Of a stretch of 64,000 bases of DNA, positions 12,277-24,938 are shown one piece after another (the first letter of the stretch is position 1; each line of letters begins with the position of its first letter). Below the pieces are notes generated by a model. The model was given only the letters and a program-made list of their open reading frames with translations, had not been told where the DNA came from and did not search any database. Origin of the DNA: Sarea resinae (lineage: Eukaryota); NCBI GenBank assembly GCA_026026165.1, contig JAPEUD010000009.1, positions 248,001-312,000 of the forward strand, given 5' to 3'. Both the position numbers and the translations under genes were made by a program.

Positions 12277-12994
12277 ATGGAGCAAAGACGGCCTCCAGAG
12301 TACATCCTCGAGGTGTTCGCAGACCCGACATGCGTCAAGGAAATCGTCAGAGGTAAAGCATCAGCTCTTCACCTCTTGTCTCGCCCGCTGTGGTCAATCC
12401 GACTGACACTCCTCTGCCCCGGCCAGGAATCCTTCACACAATCTTTTTCCATCGCTTCTTCCCCTCCATCCGCCCGCGCACCCGCGACCTCCTCGACCTC
12501 ACCCTACCCATCGTCGACGATGCTGAACTCGACACCCTCATCGAACAACGCACCACCGCTCTCATCCGCCAAATCGACACCACCTCCACGCTCGCATCCT
12601 CGAACAGCAGTTCCCGCGGTCAGATTGCCGTGCAGTTCTTCGAAAAGAGGAGGAGGAAGGCGTGGTTCTCGACCAAGGCCGAGGAAGAAGTGTGCTGGGA
12701 GCAATGGACGCTGGACGTGACCTTAGCAACGCCAAGGACCGAATCGGGTGTGTTTTCCAGTTCTGCGTGCGACACGATGTGATCAGACTATTGATGCTCT
12801 CAACAGAACGCGTCAAGGTCCGCAAAGCCGAAGAAATGATGCTGCACAAAACCGCCATGAAGATCATCACCATGGTGAACAGAGACAAAGATCATATTCC
12901 CCCAATCACCACCTCCGAAGCCAACCCGTTCCCCTACCAGATTCTCATCAACCCGAAATTCGACGGCTGGGGCACCCGCATGGGCATTTTCTGA
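12277..12994 (+). CDS. ATG101: Autophagy-related protein 101 (HORMA), 3 exons
   Basis: ILHTIFFHRFF..GQIAVQFFEKRRRKAWF..CWEQWTL..IITMVNRDKDHIPPI..PFPYQI. Confidence 0.88.
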
Positions 12995-13919
12995 TTCCGC
13001 GTAAATGGTTTCTTTGTACATGGTGTCGTTTCCACTTGCAGATGCTGGTCGGGGAGGGCAGAAGTGATGATATCCTGACTGACAGATGCATATGGTTCTG
13101 CTTTCACTCGTGGCTCCAATCCAGCCAGGCTTATTTCACGTACTGGCTCGATGCGAACACTTAGGCGAAAACAAGGCGGAGCGGGGCGTAGGGCGTCTGG
13201 ATTTCATTTCTGTATGGAATAGGCGGATCTTTTGAAGATTTTACTGGGATGATGCACGCCCGCATGCTTACATACATCTAATGCAGCGGGCCTAGTCTTC
13301 ATCTGTAGACATTTGCACGAGATACCTTTTCTGCTAGTCGTTTTTCTTTACCTTGCTGGGAGACTGGTCTTTGCAAAGGAGAACACTCACGCATAGCACA
13401 AATAGATATAATAAGACACTTGCGTTCAAAGAGACGAACCTCTAAAACGGTAACAAGCAAACAGACACAAAAGCCTCTGATGCCCTCAACCAATTGCTGT
13501 GTCCCGAGCAACGCAACTCTTCAAGAGACGGGCAACGTGGGGCTCGAGAACGAGACAGGCTAGGCTAGGCGCAATCCACCCCCCAACTATCGCAAATACA
13601 GGTCAAGAAAGAAAAGCAAAGGTTTCTCTCATTCCTCGATACACGCAACACGCGTACACGCTAGAGAATAGGATCAGAGACGATCCTAAAATCTTCGCGG
13701 GCAGCGCTCTCGTACACATCCACCCCTCAATCCATTCACCAATCCGGCCGTCCGCGCCAAGGGCAACAGTAGTCCCATTCAATTTAAACTTCACAATCAT
13801 GGGAACCGTTACCATCGTTCATAGGCCCCACGGCAGGAAGCCAGCCACACATACGCAGACGATTTCTATCCAATTTGGCGGTGATCCAGTCCACTGTCTC
13901 GAGTGGGTAGGGAGCCGCT

Positions 13920-14865
13920 TTAGATGGCGTGAGGCTTCTCGGCCTGGTCGGCTTGCGAGCGCAGGTTGGCGGCAGTAGAGCCGGTGGTGGTGAAGAAGCG
14001 TGAGAAAACCGGCTGGATGAAGGAGCGGAAAATGACCTGGGCGCCGCTGGTCTGGGGGAGGAACATCCATAGGACGAGGACGAACTTGAAGGTGTAGTAG
14101 AATGGAAACCAGTACACAGCGTTGACGGCGCTCTCAAAGACCCTGTTTCAAGTCAGCGTGACTGCAGATGATGTATGTTTGGCACTTGTTGGCTTACGTC
14201 AAAAAGGCAAAGACGACCCAATACTAAAAGCATGTGAATGTAACATTAGTCACGTGCGCATGGCTCAATCATGTGCACCATGTCGCAGTGCACACGACAG
14301 AATGATCACATACCGTCAACCACTGGAATAAAAGTCAGCTGTTTGTTCTCATGATCGATTTGATTTGCAAACATGCATAGTGTCGTTAAGAGGAAGGGTG
14401 AGATTAGGGATTCGGGATAAGGGATGATGCGACAAGGCGAGGCTTACCTGAGTGTCATCGACCTTACTGGCACTGAACAGAGCGTCCAGCGAGTAGTATC
14501 CTGGAATAGCAAAGCCGGCAACATTGACCAGAAACTCTCCGGCAATGTTGAAGAAGACTAGGAAAAAGTAGACGGCGGCGAGGCCAAGGACGGCGTAGAC
14601 CTTAGGGACGGACGTCTGACGCTCGAAGTTGTTCAAAACGGGATACTTCGACAGCTGCGGATCTTTGTCAGTGCCATGTCCTCGGTCAACAAAATACAGG
14701 TCGCATCAGATGCAAGCTGCGAACACATGGAACATGACAGGTGTTGGCGGCTCGAATGCTGCACACGGGCGCATGCGTGAAGCCGGAGAGATCAAAAAGA
14801 GCTGAGCGACGTACCTCCTTATCGAGCTGCGAGATCTGGTGTTGAGTACGTTCTTGGAAAGACAT
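13920..14865 (-). CDS. YOP1: ER-shaping protein Yop1 (TB2/DP1/HVA22), 5 exons including 9-nt and 26-nt exons
   Basis: LDKE|LSKYPVLNNFERQTSVPK..PGYYSL..DDTQ|WLT|YWVVFAFLT|VFESA..YWFPFYYTFKFVLVLW..GAQVIF. Confidence 0.95.
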
Positions 14866-15912
14866 GTTGTCTAGCGTGTGTGATAAAGCTCTGTGGAAGA
14901 ATAGAGCCGTAGATCAAGTGTAGGGGATGACGACGGATGGTCCAGGTATTGAGGGGAGATTTGATGATGGTTGGAGAAGGAGATGAGGATGAAGTTCTTG
15001 GGGGGGGATGGATGATGGGGTATGAGATCGCGAAAAGAACGGGTTGGTAGTTGGAAGTCGAGAAGTTGGCTGGCTGGGATAGGTGACGTTGTCCCGAAGG
15101 GGAGAGAATTACGGGATCAGGTACCTTGGTGAGGTAGGGTACGAGGGTACCTCAGGTACCTACAGCGCAGCAGGTAGGTAGGCGGGTACGAAGTACGATG
15201 TACTAGCGCAGCGTTACGGGACCTGTGTGACTGCATCTGGTGTGGGTACCTAAGGTACGGCTCACATACCTCAGGTACTGCAGTACGAGCCTGGAGGTAC
15301 TCGAGCCCTCCATCCATTCATGACTGAGGTGTTGCAGATGGTCGCTACGGAGGTACCAAGAGAGAAAGGTCACGTGACTCAGATACCCCCTGTGTGGTAT
15401 CCTCGCTCCCGTCGTCGCCCCCGCAACCAATTCCCCATCGAGCACAACAAAACTTGAACTCTTATTATTCACCCACAGCATCGACGGCGACGACGACGAC
15501 GACGAAGGCGACAAGGGCGACCAGGACCACAAGGACGACGAGCCCGACAAAGAATTCCGATATCACCCCTGCCGACGTCCTCTTGTCAAGCCCTTTTTAA
15601 CGATCGAGTCCTCCTGATAATCCACTTGGATACTCGTCGGTCGCGTCTTATTCGACTCCCTGAGTGAGAAAAGGTTCCCAACCTCGCCAACAACACTGGG
15701 AACGCAGATTCACACAACAACGGCCACATCGAAGCTTTGAGGTAGGTTATTCACCACATCTTCTTCCTGTCAAGGTGGATCATCCACACGACTCCTTTGA
15801 AGGATTTCGGATGGTCTCCACTAGTGTGACTCGGAGCGTTCTATTGTTGCTCTGGTGATTATCATGGTCTTGGCTAACCTGTGAGACAGCCTTCCCAGCG
15901 CAGACCCTTCAG

Positions 15913-18508
15913 ATGGCGCCGCAACTATCAAGATCACACTCAGAGACTACCGTGCCTTCGAGAAACAGTCGTCGTCCACTGTCGAGGGCGTCAACCACTA
16001 GCTTTCACTCGACAAACACCCAGCCGTCGCATCAACACGTCCAAGACTCGGGCTTCTCGCTCCACAATCAGCAGCCTCAGGCGTTTCAATATACCGCAGA
16101 AGAAGGCATGATCCTTCAATCTGCATCACAGTTGACCAACCCCAATGGCTTTGTGCTTGATCCGGCTTTGCATGCGTCAATGGGTCACCATGCGATGCCG
16201 TATGGGCCAGATGAGAGTTTCAGTCATCATGCCATGACACACCCTCATATGGACAGCTTTCAAGCCTTCGAAGGTACTCAGAGTCCCATCTTCCCGGCGC
16301 ATAATGGCGATGACGGACAAGGTGTCGCATCCGGCGAGTCCAACATTCCTGGAAAGAAACAGAAGAAAGGATCTACCTCAAGTATCGCCAATGACAATGA
16401 GCTACGTCGGCTCCACCGGGAGAACAAAGGTCGCTCGATCAAGGATGTCGCCGTTGAAGTGCTCGCCAACGATCGAGGCCCTAAAGCTGAAAAGACGAAA
16501 CAAGTATTCGCGATGCTTTGGTAAATTCTGTCTTCTTATCGCTCATTTCCTACGATCCTGACTTCTTCTCTAGGCTTGAAGCTGTCTGCAAACGAAGCAC
16601 CGGCTCAGTGCCTCGAAACCGAGTATACTCACATTATGCGACGAGATGCGGTACAGAAAGGGTCATCCCTCTTAACCCGGCTTCCTTTGGTAAACTTGTC
16701 CGTGTAATCTTTCCAGGCATCCAGACCCGACGGTTAGGTGTTCGAGGAGAGTCGAAGTACCATTACGTGGACCTGTCTCTCGAGGAAGATAACCAAGAAG
16801 TGATTGACGCAGAGAGAGCGCGCAGTCGGCAAGGCGGTCGAGATCCACAATCCATGGATATCCACCCAGCTGTGAAGTAAGCTTGCTCCTTTGGATCAAC
16901 AAAGAAATGGCTGACCTGAATTCTCGTAGTAGCACGAGAACTAAACTCCCCGCAGATACTGCTGTCTTCCCTGCCCCAAGCACTTCACTCGGCTCCTACT
17001 CACAAGTATTCGACATGCCTGACGGCTCGAATCGATTTGGTACTTCCAGCACTCTGTTCGTTGACCAGAATATGGCCAGAATCGAGGAACTGTCGAGCAC
17101 GAACAATATGGTTCGACACCAACTGAAGTTCCCATCGTCGCATATTCTTCCTCTCGAGGGAGAGGGTCCCGTCGTGTTACCGCGCATACATGATTATGTC
17201 CCAGAGAAGACTGATCCTGATATTGCAGACTCTTTGACGGCTCTATATCGAACTCACTGCACATCGCTTGTCGACTGTGTCCGTTTCTGTAAAGAGAAGC
17301 AACTCTTTCGCCTCTTCACCCAATTTCACGGCACACTGACCGTACCGGTTCAAAAGCTACTGGCTCATCCGAACTTAGCTCCTTGGATAAAGGAATGCGA
17401 TTGGCTGATGTATCAAAAGATGATCCGCTTTGTGGCTCCTCTAGCTTTCCAAGTCATTCCTAAACAAGTACTGGATTTCTTGAATGCTGTATCGGACAAG
17501 CTGTGCTCGCATATTTCTTCCACGTTTCAAAACCTTCCACGGCATGCGCTTGCAGCTAAACTCGGCCCAGCAACAACATTCGCAAGCCTCATCAATCGCC
17601 TGATGCGGGTTAATGATGCAGCCCACGCGGCGGCAAACATGATCTGCAATGACGCTAATCGGGATCAGATGTGGCAAGACTGGGTTTTATACGTGAAGCC
17701 AGTCAAGGTCCTTGAAACTGCTCTGCCTAATTGCGGATATTCAGAGGCGCTAGGCATACTAACGTCTGACGTGCGCCAATTACTTGAACCTCTAAATACC
17801 CCACCGTTCCTCGAGACCGGAATATTTGGGCATGAGAGCTCTTCAAACGGCCAGAACTTTCCCAACAATGGGCTTACATCTGCTGAGGGTCTACTCGATC
17901 GATGGGCGACCTTTCTGACAACGCTTCCAAATCGATTTCCACGTGCTGACACGAGGACGTTGATTCGTTGTATAGAAGGCGTCGGCACAGCTGCTCTTCG
18001 CGATATCACGATGTTTCGAGCAAACAGCTTCAGCTCATGGTGGGTGACAAAAGTCTGGCTAGACGAGATGACCCATTGGCTGGTGGAGATGGGCGGTTTC
18101 ATGGAATGCAATCCCTCAATGGCCTCACCCACGGACGCAGCCTTAGCCTCTTACGCCGCGTCGGATGCCTATGGCGCGAAACCTCGAAGTTCTGAGAGCA
18201 GCCATCCAGAGAGCCGATTCAGCAGCGTGGACGTTGACTTCTCTACCGATCCCGCGGCCAATGTTTCCAATGTCCGTGGCGACGATGCATCGGGCAATGT
18301 TCCTAGCGCGGACCCAAACGGCCAGAACGTGCTTGAGCAGTCTACAGTGGACTTCGTGACAGATCACAGTCATGATGATAGCGGAATCGGAATGGCACTT
18401 TCGGATGAAGATTTAAGTCTCGGAAAGTACAGCAATTTCATCAGTGAAGGGGGCGCGGGCACCAATCTGGGCTCTGATAACGCAGGAGGTGATGTTGTTG
18501 TGTGCTAG
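15913..18508 (+). CDS. RFX-family winged-helix transcription factor (Rfx1/CPCR1-like), 3 coding exons
   Basis: QVFAMLW|L..GSVPRNRVYSHY..LNPASFGKLVRVIFPGIQTRRLGVRGESKYHY is the RFX DNA-binding domain, followed by a helical dimerisation region. Introns ~16521-16573 and 16877-16929/16932. Confidence 0.93.
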
Positions 18509-19955
18509 CTGGCGCTTGAGTCAGGGCCAGAGAGCATCCTATCAAGTCTAGAGTATCTTTCCTTTTCTGTCTATTGAGGGCGTTTTTGGACACGGCGGAC
18601 TTTGTCTTATCGAATGTCCGATACGACTCAGGCTTTGTTCTGCTGGTCTCGGGATCATGTGGACTTGTGACGACTTGGACGAGATGAACGATTTGAAATG
18701 CCGGTTGGGAATTACTTGGGTACGGCGGCTAATATTGCTGGGGCTTTCCCGGAAAAGAAATACATGCGGGAAGATATCTTCTCCTTTGTCCACCTTCTGC
18801 TGCTGCTGTTGTTACTGATGTCCTCATTGTCTTCTTCCACCTTGCCCGGATATCCTGGAGGCTTTCGAAGTGCCCCCCCCCCCCCTTTTTCTGCTCTTTC
18901 CATCCGCTTTCCTTGTGTTCTGTTTGCAGACATCAGTCTTGGAGAGTCCAGATCTTAAAGATGCTTTCGAGAACAACCCTGGCCTCTAGAGTCTGCTAGT
19001 CTCTCTGCTCTCCCTGGCTGGCATGATGGTGCTGCATCCTTCAACTCTCTGCCTTCTTTCTCTTCTTCTTTCTTTCACACGTCTCTCTGTATACATACAT
19101 ATACCGTCCTCTATCCTATCTGTTGCCCTCATCTCTATCTGCTACGACTTCCTTCACCACCCAGCTAGACCGTTTCTCCTTTTTCCCCTTTCTCCTTTGA
19201 CCTTTCTAGCTTAGGTGCGATGGCCAAGCAGTCACAGCCAAATGCAGCTAGCTACCTAAGCTCGTGCGGAATCAAACTATCCATTGCGCACGTGTGTGTG
19301 TGTGTGAATATGGTGAAGACCGCATTGCTTGGAATTGAACGTGATGTGCAACGCGTGCTAGAGTGAGATGTCAAATAAGGCGTTCTCACGAAGAGGTTTT
19401 TTTTTTGTTGAGTAGCCGGATGCCTGTAGCTGGGAGGACGGGGAAGGATTGTGGTCTGGAGGTAGATTTCACGGAGAAGTTCGATAATCTTTACCAGATA
19501 CTTATTTTAGTGCATACTCTGTCAATTCAAATTCAAGATTGCTGTTTGGTCTTTGCGCTCAGAGAAGCAGATGCGGCAGGGTGGAAATTGCCCTAGGATT
19601 TTTTTGAGGATCTATATCCACTGGTCTTCTGTCCTGTGCTATCTGTTTGCCTGTCTGTCTGTCTGCCTTGGGGGTGGGATGAAGCTGGGAAGAGGGACGG
19701 ATTTGAGAAGGGAGAAGGAAGAGCGTAGATTCAAGATGATGGGTGGAAAAGAGGTACTTCCGAGCGGCGACTGGGACAATCGCAATAGACGTAGAGGAAG
19801 AGAAGGGCAAAGGATAAGAGAAGAAGCAGACGGAAGGTCAAGTTTCTTCGTCTCGTCGATCGAAGTGGTGGCTGAAAGAGGACCGAGGAATGGCCGACAG
19901 ATGCGGATACTTGGAACAGAACAGACCAGAACAGAACAGAATGCAATAAACTAGA

Positions 19956-21092
19956 TCAATAGAACGACTCGACCATTGTATCCTTGTTCGTCGTGTTGAT
20001 CGCGCTTGGGCCCATGCCCTCTCCTAGACGGAATACGGATTCCACGACAGAGAGTTCTGTCGCAGTGGTGTCGAGGCCTGGTTCACCAATATATCAGTCC
20101 CATGTCCCATTGGCATACAAGACCCCCAATGCTGATCAAAAGGTAAGATGGGTGTTAGGAAAACACACCAGTCACAGCCATCCAATCATTGACGACCATT
20201 CCCGCTCCAACAACCGGAGAACCACGATTGACACTGCCTGCGACAAGAGGCACCTGGAGCAAGCTAGACAGCTCATCCTGATCCTGTATCGATGTTTTCG
20301 GGTGGACCAGACCGCCTTGATTACTAAGGGACATGTAGGAGCCCGTGAGGACGTTGTCGGCGATGGTTTGGCGGAAAACCTCGACGCCCAGGACGTCCGC
20401 GATGATCTCTTCCGTCTCACGCTCGATATCCGGATGCACGAGCGCAACGTGGTCGTTACAGCATATGACGTTTCCGAGCGCCGACAGTCGTTCTTCTATT
20501 CTTTGGATCTTGACCTCATCCGGGATTGAATTCCGTAGATGTTGCAATTCTTGGTCTGTGGTCGTCGTTGGCACGAGAAGGCCCTTGCGATTCCTGTGAT
20601 AGAGTTAGCTCTTGTTCCCGCCTAATGTTCTATCCATTCAATCGCCCGCATTTTGGGAAAAGGGTGGATAGGTCGGTTCAGAGCCCCTGCAGGTGTGTGG
20701 TACGCCTTACCCCGCGGTTAGTCGCCCGACAATTCTCGTCCCCGCAATCGTGGCATGGCATATGGGGATCACGTCCTGAAGTTCAGCCTCGAAAACACTG
20801 TACCAAACCAATTATCTGTATTAGCCTTCTTTTGCCCATTCGTGATAGAGCAAATCGTACCTGTAGAAATTCTCTGACGCTCCGATAGCGACAATGGCAT
20901 ACGAATTCGTGAGGGTAGCAAAGACTCCAACCCTACAGATCTCAGTCCATCAGTAACCTGTATCTCTCTTTTTGGATCTTCCCGTGAGACACAGTGCCTG
21001 CATCTTTGAGAATAAAGAAAGGCCCGGAAGAGGTCAACCTTGGAGGGGTAAACGCACTCATTGGAGTTCTCGAATTGTGCGCGCACCGCCAT
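19956..21092 (-). CDS. TIF6: Eukaryotic translation initiation factor 6
   Basis: [71 protein letters not shown]. Multi-exon. Confidence 0.97.
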
Positions 21093-21965
21093 GATGCACT
21101 TGGAGGCTGATTTCGAGAAGAATGTAGAGCAAGATCAACTGCCGGGTTGGGGGGTCCACGGCAATATGTTTATGAAAAATGGGGTTCGAGGTAGGTTGGT
21201 CTTCGCGTTGGCGTTTGGAGCGATTGCGGCTGAACTTTTGTATGAAATACTCTATTGGTAGCGCGATATTGAAGCTCGAAGCGACGTCAAGTCTGCAGGC
21301 TTATGGGCAAGTCTCCGTGGTGGGGTGTGAGTGACTACTCCGTACCACTCTAGGTATGAAGTATGGAGGCACCAAATATACTTGTATTTCGCCCATCGTT
21401 CATGCAGCCTACAGGTACCGACTACTCCGTCCCACAGGGCTTATCAGCCTGCATATTCTTCGACTCACGCCTGAGGAATAATACATGGATGGATCGAGTG
21501 CCAGGCCAATAACAATGTGACTCATACAGACCGCAATTACCATTATGAATCTGCTTGCCATGTCTGAATTTGCTGCACGGCGACATTAGTGAAGCCTTCG
21601 CAGCCCCGTAAAAGTGAGGTGATCTTAATTACAGTATCGCGGAAAAGAAATGACTGGTCTAGTGACACAGGCACGACCAGCATGCACTGCCACGCGCAAC
21701 TGTATCCATCAGAAGCGTCGACCCGGTGACATTGTGGACCCCGAAAGGTCCAACAGTCGACCCGGGGTGCTTGACTGATGTGACACTTGCGCGGGCTGTT
21801 CGATGGCCCAACCCAAAAGTCTCCGCTCAAGGATCCCATAAGATACATATCGCTGCGGATCGCAAGACTCCAAATACCCAATCCTCGCTCTCGATGCACC
21901 GTTCCGAACGAAAGATCATAATAGCTGTTGAATACAAAAACGAAAAGAAATGCGCTGGTGGGCGA

Positions 21966-24938
21966 CTAGCGCCTCTTCGTGGAGGAGCTGTCGCGAGAAT
22001 AGTGGCGGTCAAACGTTGGGGGCATCTCGTCAAATTGATCTCTGCTCCTGCGACGCGAGGATTCGGTCTGCACAAGTCCAGCTTGTACCGACCCGGGGGT
22101 TTGGGGTTGGTAGTGCTGGAATGATAGCGGCCGGCTATTAGGCGCTGGCAAAATGGGTGTTTCCACCCTTGGAGGAGGAAGAGTGGCTGACATCCGTCTA
22201 CTGTCATATACTGGCTGGACTTGACCAAGACCATAGGGAGGTGGAGGCCCGCCTTGGAGATATTGAGGAGGTGGCTGAAAGTGAGGAGGTGGGGGAGGTG
22301 GGCCGCTTGCGGGGTAACCGGGAGCTGATTGTTTCGGGAACCCTCCGCGCAAATCTTCCCAGTGAGTCCATGTTTGCCCGAGATAGGCGGTGCTCTGTGG
22401 ATACCCTTGATACGATGCGATAGGAGCTGGGTGGTAACCAGCGGGGGGATATGGTGCTCGTTGAGGCATCGGCGAGGGTAGCAATGGTGGCACACCGTAA
22501 GGTGGCTCACTAAGTGGCATCCGAGTCCCGAAGTGAGGATAGCTGGTATTTGGCATAGTAGTCGAGACAGGTGTGTATGCTATTACAGCAGGGTTGGTCA
22601 TAGGCGGAAGTGGTCGTTTAAAATGGTCGACCGATGGCCATCCATCGTCGGATACATGAGGAAGTCTACCAGCGCTCTCAGCACTTAAAAGACCACGATA
22701 AGATGTGTCATTCAATTCGGGCATCGAGGGACGCGGATGCTGTTGAAGACTCTCCGGCTGAACATCATTTCTAGGACTGCTGAAATTCGTGGAGAATCTC
22801 CATGGTTTCAAGACACCTTGATCTTGTTCTCGGGCTGGTGCCGTTGGCTGGATTATTTCCTTCATCCCGTTCGCCTGAATGTTCTTCACATCCGGAGGTA
22901 GATCTGGACCTGTGACTATGGGTAACAAAACTTGCTGTACCATGCTATGCGCAGGAGAAACTTTCATGCCTGCTGCATCTTCTCCCTGACCGGATCGAAT
23001 ACCAGCTCCATTCAGTGAAATATTAGCTTCGGTATTAGGTCGGAGCTTTTGTGATGGTCGACTTTGTTCCTGTGGAGGCTCGGGTAGGGCTTTTATGACG
23101 TTGTCACGAGATCTGGCGACTTCGTCTTGGCTCTCCAGGAGCGATGCGAGCGCTTGTAAACCCAAAGCTTCGTCGTTTGAGATTATTGCTGCTGGTCTGT
23201 CAATCTGCTTCTCGACATGTTCACTGGCGTCGAAGAGCGTCTGAATGTTTAGCGATGCGATGGCACCAGCGCGCTGGTCAGCGTCAAGGGATACGAAACT
23301 TCCAGGGTCTTTGAAAAGTTCGGCCTCTCCGTAGGGAACGAGATTGTCATGGACTGCATTCTTAAACTCAAACTCATCCCAGGCCTCCTCTGCCTGGATG
23401 AAAATTCGGGCTCTTGAGAGGTCTTCAATTGGGCCACCTCGTCCACTTGGTCGACGTACTGTCCCGTCCTGCGCAGCGCTATCCTGGGCGGCGGTATCCT
23501 AAGGAAATATTAGCTGCGAGGAAGTCACTTTGAAAAGCGCAATAACTAACCTCGTCGTCGGTGATGTCCTCTTCTGAGGCCGCAGCATGGCATTTTTTGA
23601 TATATTCAATTTGCAGACGCAGCAAATACTCATCCTGGAGTTTCCTCATCTCGTCCTACAAAATGTTAGCACAGTCATCAGTTTCTTCGTATTAGCCCTT
23701 ACAGTAAACTTCTTTCGCAGGTATTCACGCTCTTGTCGGAGCTTCTTTTCCTGGTACTCTAATTTGAGCTGGTATTCTCGCTCGACGAGAGCTAAGCGTT
23801 GGCTTAAACGAGCGTCAAGATGGTGATTGACTTCATCATAGTAGTCCACCTTTTCATGGGCTGTAGGGTCGTTTTCGAGTGACTCAGTACTGCGCGATGC
23901 GAGCTCCGCCAAAGCAGGCTTCAGCGCTTTCACCACCATACGGTACGCCGTCTTCAGTTCCGCTTGGCGTACAAAATTTGCTTCGACATTTGCATCAGCA
24001 TTTGGTACTCTGCGTCTCCCAGGGACACGTTTCTTGACTGCTCCCGATGCCTGCCTGCTAATGGGTGGCCGTCCGATTCGAGGTCTACCAGGAGGGCGTT
24101 TGATAGCGAGAGTTGCCTCGGGGACTGGGGTTACTTCTGTAGATATGCTTGGCGTATCTATCTTCCGGTTTTCAGATGGAGTGGCATCTGTAGCTGTTCC
24201 AGCTGTAGATGCATTTGGTTGCTCGCTTAAGGCTTCTGTGGTTAATGCTTGGGCTTCTGACTCTGCATTCTCGATTGGTGAGCCTTTCGCGATTACCATT
24301 GCGGTAGCTGGCTTCTGTTTCTTGGGCTGCCTCCCACGGCGTCTCTTAGCAGGTTGCTCCATGTGGCCATTTGTCGTAGCAATCTCTGCTGCGCCAGGAT
24401 TCTTCACGACTTCATCCTTGGCATCAGGAGGAGTTGAGAATATAGGTGGTAATTTGCCATTCTTGACGCTGGTCTTTATGACCTTCTGTGTTGTGGATTC
24501 ATTTGATGACGAGTGCGACGAATCTTGCCTCTCAGGCGGCAGAGCGGGTTCTGTTGACTGTCTTGCACGCTTAACGGGCCCGCCGTTGTCAAGATCGCTG
24601 CTTGCGGAAATTATCGAAATGTTGCTCGCTGAATTTCGCCGGCTGTTTGCATTGATACTAGCAGCATTTGAATTTATATCTGAGACTGCGGTCGAATTAG
24701 TTGATGCTGCTCTTGAAGCAGCTCGAGTCGTCATGTGTAGAGCTTCGGACGGCTGGCGGCGTGAGATCCTAGTCGCCGTATTTTCTCGCTTAGCGGTTAT
24801 GCGCGCGGAAGAGCCTGGAGAGAGAGCGTCAGCATGGAATGCGACAAGGATGAATAATTGTTTGGGATCGATTAGCATACCATCTTTATCGTCCTCTATG
24901 GAAGGAGATATCATTGTGGCAAAATTTCTTTTCTTCAT
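21966..24938 (-). CDS. Uncharacterised nuclear protein: AT-hook-like motifs, coiled coil, Pro-rich tail; 4 exons
   Basis: The ORFs join through GT-AG introns ~24880-24815, 23702-23656 and ~23550-23499. Motifs KRRRGRQPKK, KRPPGRPRIGRP, ELKTAYRMVVKALKPALAELASRS. Confidence 0.75.

Noticed and set aside
15483..15618. Asp-rich (GAC)n open frame upstream of RFX
   Set aside because: No start codon and it ends before the UTR intron. Probably a trinucleotide-rich 5' UTR.
20645..20658. 14-mer TCCCAAAATGCGGG shared by a TIF6 intron and the SKP1 upstream region (~60733)
   Set aside because: Many chance 14-mer pairs are expected in 64 kb.
21435..21442. CAGGGCTT upstream of both TIF6 and RPL39 (40358)
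   Set aside because: An 8-mer seen twice is within chance expectation.
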